A stretch of DNA of 64,000 nucleotides from Eledone cirrhosa (taxonomy: Eukaryota), in NCBI GenBank assembly GCA_964016885.1, contig OZ024743.1, positions 151,838,001 through 151,902,000 of the forward strand, given 5' to 3'. Below the pieces are notes generated by a model. The model did no database searches and was not told where the DNA came from. It worked only from the letters and a program-made list of their open reading frames with translations. This document shows, piece after piece, positions 54,150 to 64,000 of the stretch (position 1 is the stretch's first letter; every line of letters starts with the position of its first letter). The position numbers were made by a program, and so were the translations under genes.

Positions 54150-54830
54150 ATCATCATCATCATCATCATCAGTAGCACCTTTATCTTTTTGTACCATTCT
54201 TCCCATGGTTACAAGGGTTGTATATGTCTTCTTTATCATAGTGTCAGACCACTTGTTATCCATTGTTATCTCCTTCATCAGATTTTATCTCCTAATATCA
54301 ATGTTCATCGTTTTTTTTCCATCTCTTCTTTGGTCTTCTTCCACTACAGATTCCTTCATATTTAATCACTTGACAATTCCTTGTCCAACTGTCATCTTCT
54401 ATTAGCATCACATGTCTGTACCAGCTGAATCCTCTTTCTAGTAGATGGCTTCTGGTTCCTTGTGTAAACAATTTTTCTTTCAGCACATTTATGCTTTGAT
54501 GTTTATGTACAATATGATTATTCATACATGCTCACATCACAAATAAGCTAAGAAAAAAGCCGGGTATCAGAAGAATCAAATGCAATGTGCAAGAAAAAAG
54601 ACTATGCTGGCACTGGTATAAACAAGTGCTGAGTGCTCCATGTAGATAGCACCTGTGAAAGAGAAAAGTCAAGGAAGACATGGGACAAAAACTGGTGAAG
54701 ACTGATCTCAGGAGACTTATCTTCATGAAGAATGATTGTATGACAGTGATTTGTAGTGAAGTATCTTGCTGAAGAGGACTTGGCCAACCCATGTAAGCAT
54801 GAACCAAATGGACGTAAAAATGAATGACAA
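54150..54830. mobile_element. Two back-to-back degraded RTE 3' fragments
   Basis: Minus-strand WYRHVM..GRRPKKRW; plus-strand remnant ending ggacgtaaaa. Confidence 0.6.
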
Positions 54831-56619
54831 TTGTTGTAGTGATGGAGACACAGAACACAGCCATAGCAAACATGACAAAAGTGGAGTGTATGTGAGAGAT
54901 GTGGTTCTTGTTTGATCTAATAAGAACTTAATTGGTCCATGACATGTCCAACCCATGCCAGCATTCAACAGTGGAGGTAAAATGAAGATGATCTTCCTCA
55001 TCCTCTTCCTCCTAATCATCATTTTAATATTATTGAACATCAGCACAGACAATTGGTGTTAATGCCTGATTTGTTTTCCATACAAGAAGGTGTCAACAAG
55101 CAAACAAAGTTTATTATTAACTTTGCCTTTATTATTATGATGAAAGGCAAAGTTTATTATTAACTTTGCCTTTCATCCTTACGGGGTCGATAAAATAAGT
55201 ACCAGTAATGTACTGGGTAATTGCTGGCCTTGTGCCAAAAGTAGAAACAATTATTATTATTGTCATTGTTTGTCATTTTCCTTCAGTATTGTTTCTGTTA
55301 TATGCCAAGTATCTTCATGACACACGCACCTGTAACAGATCCTGAACAAGCAATGCCTGTACTTTGAAGGTTTTTAAGTGGGGAAAGGCCTTGCACTTGA
55401 CCAATCCCACTCTCTGAGCATTGAAAACACTACCCGAAAAGGAGAACTGGTCAACATCATCGGTTGCTTCCAAAGCCGCAGATTTTTTTTCATACCTTCC
55501 ATCTCTTAGAAAGATGTTGTGACAACATCTAGGGGGAGGGGGGGGGGGGTCTTTCAGTCCCAGGTAAAAAAAAAAGTTTGTCTGCCCTTTTGCTGGGTCT
55601 TGTATTTCATCCCACAGGATGTCCAAATATCACCCTCCCCACCAAGCAAGTTTGGTGGGGTTGCCAATTTAGTCACCAATGACCTGACCATGAGTCAGGT
55701 TGTACTGGTTACATGTTACCAGTAGCACTCGAGAGCGATCTGACATGTATACACATATATACACATGCATATACATACATATAAATAAAAGATATCCATG
55801 CACACATGCACAAACACACACATGGAGGGACATCATTCCCACAGAGACAGCGATCTCCCCAAGTTTTTCAATATTGTCATACCATATTGATGTAACCATA
55901 CTTCAAATGTGTGAAGTAAATCTAAGTATAATTATCTCAATATATCATGGGGTAGAGAGAGGTCTTCAGTCAAGTCAATGATCTATCAACCTGTCTAGTG
56001 CTAGTGCATTATCAGAGAAGGGCTTAATGCACACAGTATAGTATGTAAAGTGGTTGGCATTAGGAAAGATATCCAGTCATAGAAACCATGTTAAAATGTA
56101 TTGCGAGGACTCTTCAGTTACATCAAAGAGATGACAACCTCATTAGAGTGGGAGACATGATAAAATGCATCCAGTAGATTCTATAATGTTGTTGGCATTA
56201 GGAAAGGCATCCAGCTGTAAAAACTATCTAATTTTATGATAATCAAAAGGAGCTATTATTGATTCTTAAAGTCAACAGTAACTTTGGTTTCTTTTCTACT
56301 GATATATATTAATACATTTTCTGAAGTATTCTCTTCATGCAATAAATATGTGGAAAAACTGTTTTGCCACCTTTTGTTTTCCTAATTGAACCATGCAAGT
56401 GTTGATACCATACAACATATAACTTGGACTTTGGTAGTAGGCTGATTATAATATCATACTATATTTTACTTAGCTATAAACAAAATATAATTTAAACCAT
56501 ATTTGAACCATAAAAATGTTATAATTCAGTATGTTCTTTTAATATTTCTATTAAATCAAGTGAATAAATAAAAGTTTATTAACTTGAGGCCTGCATTAAC
56601 ATAAAAGATAATTTTGTAA

Positions 56620-56650
<31 letters not shown>

Positions 56651-56901
56651 AATAAATAAATAAAAACCATATATAAAATCTAAGTGAATCATTTAAAAGG
56701 AAAAATATAATAAATCATAGTTTTCCCTCTCATATATAATGGCTTCTTTTCCTTCTAAACTTTCCCACTAAGTTACTTTTAGCAAGAAATAATCTAACAT
56801 GAAGCATTGCAAATTTTCTAATATTTAATTTAATAAAAATGCAACTTTTCATAAAGTATAACATTTTATGTAAATCTTACCATGAGACTAAAATAAAAAT
56901 A

Positions 56902-58045
56902 CAGTAAACTGGATTTAACAAAGCAGACAAAAAATAAATAAATAAAATACTGTATCAATAAATAAATTTAGAAAATCAAAAATTTTTTGAATGGAGAAAA
57001 TCGAGTGAGCTGAAGATATAAACTTTTAGAAGAGGGCAACAAAAATAAGGGAGGGAGGTAGAGAGTCAGAAAAGACCTGTTTCAGATAGCGAGGCTAAAA
57101 GGAGAATAATACAAAGCATAAAGTAATAGCAAAGAGAAATAAAGTAAATGAGAAATACTACTAGAATGGCTGGCAAAATCGAGATAAAAGTGTGAAAGTT
57201 TGTGTATGTGTGTAAATGATAATAAAACAATTGAGTGAGAGTTTGTTGACCAAGCAGACCTATGATCAAAGATACAGGTTGCTTGAAAAAAAGATGAAAA
57301 CTATAATGTTTGGAACAATTTGTATAACATGGGACCTTATTTTGATTTTGAGGATTTGAAGCAAATTACTTTCAGCACATCTTTGTAAATTCTGGCAACT
57401 GGGAAACAACTTAAGATGATGTTCAGGAATATTTTGATGAAGATGTTCCTAACTATCAAACGCTCACAGAGGGAGAAATTGAGGTTTTATATAGTAAGGC
57501 AAAAGAAAATGTAAAAACAAAAACAGAAAAAGAGGAAACTACACCAGTAAGGCCAACACTATCTGAAATGAGGAATCTTATGGATAGCGTCACCCACTAA
57601 ATAGGGACATCTGAGTTCAGAGAACTTATAATTAAAGAATCAATGTCATATTAATTTTATTGATTTCCACTCTTATTTGACATCCAATGACTTCTATATT
57701 ACAATTGCCTACAAATAGACAGGCAACACCAATGCTTTCATTTGTACATATTTCAGTAGAGTTTCAATTCAAGGATTCTCCACCTTCAATGTCAAATGGC
57801 AATACTACCATTATGGTAATGGCAAACTACTCTTCAAATACACTATCAAAATGGAAAGTAAAAATTATATATTCTTTATAATATTTGAATAATTTTATAT
57901 TGTGCACTAATGTATTTTAGGCTAAGGCTTTTTTAACATTAACAACAATGAAAATTGTTCAGTGGGTATCTTCAATTTTACTGATATTTGGCATTAACAA
58001 ACACACCTTTTCCCCTTATTAGTCTGTTAAATTGAGTTTTCACTG
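56902..58045 (+). mobile_element. Possible old Tigger/pogo remnant
   Basis: TA-flanked weak TIRs CAGTAAACTGGATTTAAC / GTTAAATTGAGTTTTCACTG; acidic coding-like remnant at 57400-57600. Confidence 0.35.
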
Positions 58046-59569
58046 TAACAACTAAAATTTATACTACAACACCTAAACAGGAAAGCGTCTGGTATTATGT
58101 TTTAGAAATATATGCTAACCAAAAATATATATTTTATATTAGATAGTAATCACATTTCTTAGAATATTTATTAATGGAACATATTTTGAGAACAACATGG
58201 GAGTTGTGTAAGTGATCAGGCAGAAAGTTAACTAGTAATCATTAAAAAATAGCTATTTGTTGTGTGTTTATGTGGAGAAGGAGATGCATACATGTAAAAA
58301 CATCTTGCCTGCTCACTGTTCCTTTGTTAATATCTTCACCAGAAGTTTTCAGTATTCAACAGAATAGCTTTTTTCTGTATTTTATCTGTATTCTATTATG
58401 TTTATTTTCTTAGTTTTATATATAACAAACACTGCTCCAATAAATTCTTTTTGCTGCCATTTAGTTATCATCACACATGTCAGTGAATTAATCTCCACAA
58501 ACATATCAGTAACATGATCATAAATCAGACCAGACTATCCAATCAAAGTATATATTCTACTGCTTACTTTATTCATATGTACTCCGAGCTTAAGACAAAC
58601 AGCAATTAATGATATAAACATTCGTTTCATTCTTAAAGTAAATTAAACAAACAAAAGAACAAAACATTTTTTAATTAACAATTAACACTTGCACTAAATA
58701 ATAATTTATTTGCAGAAAGGTGATAAATTATCTATCTATCTTTTTAAAACAATACAGAAACATTTTGTGATTCTTATCTTCTCATAATGTTTCAGCTTAG
58801 TTTAGAAGCCAATATTGTTTTAACTACTGCTAGTCTGAAAAACTGAAACAGAAAAGCGTTTCATTTATTTTAATTCATTTTTATGTCAGCCAGCATACTT
58901 ATTTAACTGAAGTCAAGTTATCTTACATGGTCTGGATGTTATAGCTATTGAAATTGTTATCTTTCAATATGATGTCTGAAAGACATTTCAGCTAAAATGC
59001 TTGGTTTGGGGGAAACATAATAGAGCATATACAATTGACATGCAGTCCAAGAGCTATAGTAGCTGATTTTGTTTGTAATCATAAAGATCAATTCAAAATT
59101 GATTAAATTCACTACAGTCTGAAGGAAAACCAAAATCGCAATCAAATCAGTTGAGACTAACTAAATCAATTTACCAATACTGCAAGATAATAACACTAGA
59201 AAAATCATTAAGGCATGGACAAGGAAATGGAAATTCGTAGTAGCATAATATTTCATACAAAGCACCTAATAAGGTTATTTTTTTTACATATGTTAGTACG
59301 GTATTACACATTAAGCTATGAACAATTTAAAAAAATGCACATTTAAGTAAATTGTATATCAGGGATGAATAAATAGAACTTTAAAAAATGCCTATGCTTT
59401 ATAATATTTATGAATTTTCTATGAACATAACTGAAGCACATACCGACACAAATCCTTAAGTGTGATGTTTTTCAATGAAGATTTATCTCTGCACAAGAAC
59501 AAATACACCACTATAGCACTAAAACTTCAATTAACATTATGTGCCAAACATGCAATCATATACATTCTC

Positions 59570-59725
59570 AAGCGTAGCTGTGAGTGTAAGACGTTTGCTT
59601 TGTAAACACATGGTTCCAAGTTAAAATCAATTGCATAGAACCTTGGACAAGTGTCTCCTATGATAACCTCAACCAGTTGATCAATAACTTGAATGTGGTA
59701 GCTAGAAGCTGTCTGCAAGCCCATT
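59570..59725 (+). mobile_element. tRNA-derived SINE (third family); relatives near 3330-3450, 37110-37220, 38125-38220
   Basis: cacatggttcc..ccttggacaagtgtct motif. Confidence 0.6.
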
Positions 59726-59811
<86 letters not shown>

Positions 59812-59876
59812 GGTAGAACACTGGAAGGTAATATCCGTAGTGGTAGAGCACTCAGTCCATGGGACGAGTTTGGTAG

Positions 59877-59958
59877 AAGTAGTAACACAACAGTTAGTTC
59901 ACCATACTGCTGAAACAATTGTTCTCGGTATGGTGAACTAACTGTTGTGTTACTACTT
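59877..59958. repeat. Perfect hairpin with 31-bp arms and 20-nt spacer
   Basis: 59877-59907 is the exact reverse complement of 59928-59958. Confidence 0.95.
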
Positions 59959-62895
59959 ATATATATATATATATATACAAATATATATATAATGATAATT
60001 ATGATATGTAAGTATGTATGTATAATATGTGTTTTTGTTTGTCTTTTGTTATGTATATTGGTGAAGGTTGTCAACGTTACAAAGAGAACCAGACAACTAG
60101 TGCTTTTCATGCAGACTCCTGTTGGTATATATTCTGTAATATTTCACATACAGATACTCTGTTACTCTCACTTTTGTAAATGTGGTGAACCAGTGATTGG
60201 CCTGTTGAAGACCTCTAAGAAACAATGCAATTATTCACAAATTACAATATAGAATACACAAATAAGTATACTTTCTATAATTACAATGTTAAAATTGTTT
60301 TAGTATATTTAATCAACTATGCAGTTACTCTATGGCTTGCATTTTTAAAGCAAATGGCCAAGTTATTCTTTTACTTTGGTGGTGGTGGTAGGACATTCAA
60401 CTATCTCAATCCCAATTCTAAAATGGTATTTATTTTGTTGGCTTAGAAAGATAAAAAGCAAAATTGTTCATAGCAGGATTTGAACACAGAACATTTAAGT
60501 AAGTACCTAATTACTGCAAAACACCTTGTCTATTACTCAATTGATTCTGTCAATTCATTGCTCTTGCATTTTTATAATATAAACCAATTCCTATTGTGGA
60601 TAATTCATATCTCTCTGGTTTATAAGGTTTCTGTACAATAATATAATGTCAAATGATGGCAGAAAATAGTTGTGTGAATGAGAAATTTAAGAAACCCTAG
60701 CATTATAATTTAGTAAATTTCATAGGTTTTTGATCTGCAATGTGAAAATTAATGACTGCTGCAATAATAATGGAGTACTTGCAGTTAGTTAACATTATAA
60801 TTTACATTTTGATATTTATGATTCTTTTTGGCAGCTCTAAAGTAAAACGAAAAGATGTAAAAATATTTTCCACTTTAAGTTGTGACATGAAATATTTTTG
60901 GTCCTCATGTACCCAGAAACCCACTAATAACTTGCAGCATTAGATAGTTGCTATTTCAATCATGGTTATTTAAACACCACCTAGTGTGCACATCACACTT
61001 CTATCTTTTCTAATCCAGCTGCAATGAAAATAATATGCCTTTTATTTGAATAATTGTTGGTATTTATTTATTCATTTGCTTCTTCATGCTAATACCCTCA
61101 GTACTAAAATAAAATATATTTCTAGAAAGAAAAAAAACTTTAATCTTATTTATATTTTACTCCTTACTGGATCAATTAATTTTTATAAAGCTAATTTAAA
61201 TCAAATATATTTAAAAGTCAATCCTCATAAAAGATTCTTCGGTGAAAGTTAAAGTTTGCTTTGTTTTGATTTTTGTTTTTTTTAGATTCCTTCATTCGAA
61301 CGATGTAACCAAATGGTAAAACAGCATGTATTATGTAATGAAACAAACAAACAAAAACCTATACATCATATTATTCTATAATCATCAAATAATTTAAAGA
61401 TAAAACCAAATGTAGCAGCATTAGTAACCACACACAAGTCATATGCTAAAATACTACTGTATTAAAATTAACAATAAAATATAAATTTAACTCTTTAACT
61501 ATGACTTTTAAAAGAAACACCTGAACAGCTGCAACCATTTCAAAATACATCTCAAACTTTAGTAGCACTTCAGCATTTAGAATACATAGTATAAACCAAT
61601 GAAGGTAACCTTTAAATGGTCCCTCAAAATACACTTAACCATTAAAAAAAGAGGAATAAATGATATATTAGATATGACAAAATGATGACCTTGTTATAGC
61701 TGGGATGTATTTGATCATATGTCTGCTCAATCAAAGCTGACTTTTGATTAAACAGCAACAACTGCACTATATATATAATCTTTATTAATTTACAGATAGT
61801 TTTGCATATTTGAAGCTTAAAACCAAGTGCTTTACAGTTAAATGCATTGGTTAAATGAAAATGAAGTGGTACGTATTTCCTAGCATGTTAGATAAAGTCA
61901 AGTTGAAAGGCATAAATAAGACACAAGATTTAAATATCAGTTGCAGGGATCAATTGCCCATGCACTAGTAATAATGATTTACTCTTAAGAACAGAACTTA
62001 AGACTGAAAGTGTAAAGCTTAGTGTTGGATTCATGATCATAAGGGTTTGAGTCTGATCTCTAGACTGCACAGTGCATTTTGTCCTTAAGCAAGACATTTT
62101 ATTTCAGCTGAAAAAATTAGTAAAAACAGCAGCTTGGAAGGTGTGGTTAAGTTTGTGGTGTACTGGTACCTTGTCCAAGAGGATGTCTTGTACCCTCAGT
62201 TGCTTAAAATCTCATGAAACTAGGTTAAGCCCCAGTATCATGAGTTTCTAGACTCAAGACAGTCATTAACTAAACTAACAAAACTTTAGCATTGATAAAA
62301 TAAATAGAGCAAATATTAAAAGAAAGATAATTTTTTTTCTTTTTTTTGCAAAGGAAATTTGTTTTATTTTGCTGATTTAGAAAGTTTCTACTTTCTATTC
62401 TTTAGATGAGCTGTTAAAGTCTATTTCAGATTTTGTTTGGTATCAAAAATTTATAAGAGGTGACATAAAAAGAAATTATCAGCAAATCACCAAAGTCCAT
62501 TACATAATTTAGTTTTCTGTAATTTTTTAGACAGTTAATTTTACTATATTGAAACAACAACCAAAATGTTAGACAGAAAATAGTTGATATATGTCATGCT
62601 TTTATTTTACTAAATTCCAATAATAGATCAAACCACTTTTATCATATGCATATATAACATCTTGCCAACTTAACTCTTTCTAACATTTAGTTGTCTTATC
62701 AGTATGTTAAAGTGTAGAGTCTTCAAACATATATTCCAATCCACCATCTAAAAGTGAGATTACATTTCTTCAATAACACATTATCTTTGTCTTCAAACTA
62801 CTATTTATATCTTTTTTTTTTTCACTTTACCTTTTTATATCCTATGTTCTGTCTCAAGCAAGCTTCTTTTCTTCTACTTTTCTTAATTACGCTTT

Positions 62896-63026
62896 TGAGC
62901 TCCGGCTGTTTCAACAGCTAGATCCGAACCGAATCACTGCTATTCAGGTGGCGGAAAAATAACTGGCATTCTTAGGGGCTAAGGGTGATTCAGTTCGAAT
63001 CTAGGTGTTGAAACGGCCAGAGCTCA
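62896..63026. mobile_element. MITE-like element with 42-bp imperfect inverted arms
   Basis: TGAGCTCCGGCTGTTTCAACA..GAATCAC / GTGATTC..TGTTGAAACGGCCAGAGCTCA. Confidence 0.7.
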
Positions 63027-63124
63027 GCCGTTGGGGTCACAAATATTTCACATTACCCACTTTACTACCTCAAGTATCAAGTACTCTGGTGAGTAATGGC
63101 CTAACTGGTTTTTACCGCTTCCAT

Positions 63125-63161
<37 letters not shown>

Positions 63162-63164
63162 ATA

Positions 63165-63547
63165 TTCTTGTTTAGTTGACCTTGAAAACGTATATGACTG
63201 CATTCCTCAGTACCTGCTGTTGAAAATTGTGCAGGAGTATGGGATTGATGGTCAGCTTCTTGCTGAGTATTTGTTACTTGATAAAGTGTATAGCTTGGTG
63301 ATCAGAAAATCACTCCAGGTAGAGCCACTACTTCTCCAAATTGAGAGATCACAGCTCCAATCCTATGAGCTTGAGGTTAGAATGTTGGAGACAGTTGCGT
63401 CTGACAGGACCCACTGGAATGAGTGTTTGAGGACTCTGCCTCCATGACCCTCTCAGGAATAAATGGGAGAAGAAGAAGAAGAAGAAGAAGAAGAAGAAGA
63501 AGAAGAAGAAGAAGAAGAAGAAGAAGAAGAAGAAGAAGAAGAAGAAG

Positions 63548-63577
<30 letters not shown>
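63165..63577 (+). mobile_element. Deleted RTE family C copy ending in a (GAA)n tract (63468-63577)
   Basis: VDLENVYD, LQVEPLLLQIERSQL, VASDRTHW; matches 35920-36200. Confidence 0.8.
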
Positions 63578-63579
<2 letters not shown>

Positions 63580-63679
63580 TATTCAACTCAGGCTATTTTT
63601 ATTATGTATAGATTTAATTTAATTTGACATTTGAGTGACATGACTTAACCTTTAGACTTCTTTGGCAATGATCTGAGTG

Positions 63680-63890
63680 GTCCTGTATATGGTTGCTTGA
63701 CCTGCTAGAAATAATAGTTAAACCACCCATGTATCACACCTAATCTTCTCAAAAAGAGAAAATCACATTCAATAATGTAGTTGCAGATACATCATGCCTG
63801 AAAAAGAATGATGGGATGATCATGGCTGAAATATCATAGCTCTATTTAATCAGGGACTAACCCAGATATTTAATCAGGGACTAACCCAGA
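63680..63890 (+). mobile_element. Dispersed repeat family (tagaaatagcagccaaat..); other copies near 2850-3030, 12460-12660, 18030-18250, 27250-27430, 33680-33850, 48290-48500
   Basis: Recurrent degenerate motifs; class not determined. Confidence 0.55.
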
Positions 63891-64000
63891 GAGGGGTCAC
63901 TACCAACAACATCAATGATAACCACCTTCTTTAAATACAAAGAATTAGTTATTTTCATTGACTAATCCTGTAAGTTACATACTACCAGACCTACTAACAC

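Noticed and set aside
63843-63890. 24-bp tandem duplication
   Set aside because: Ordinary slippage inside a dispersed repeat

Overview
AT-rich, intron- and repeat-dominated eukaryotic DNA, most likely a cephalopod (Octopus-like). This is inferred from RTE LINEs with (GAT)n tails, tRNA-derived SINEs and long (TA)n, (CA)n and (CAA)n microsatellites. Minus-strand exons of a membrane-protein gene are visible: three phase-compatible 3' exons at 1.8-3.6 kb and a probable start exon at 38.8 kb whose link to them is unproven. The rest is mobile DNA: a near-full-length disrupted RTE LINE with a PHD finger in its RT ORF, fragments of other RTE and CR1-like LINEs, a complete hAT (Charlie/Buster-type) element with TIRs, 8-bp TSD and an internal 40-bp minisatellite, MITEs and SINEs. 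The most unusual signals are a tandem H-type pseudoknot module with compensatory changes shared by LINE 3' UTRs and SINEs, and many long palindromes sitting in (TA)n tracts. No CRISPR array, rRNA or canonical tRNA was found. All calls were made by eye; boundaries of degraded repeats are approximate.
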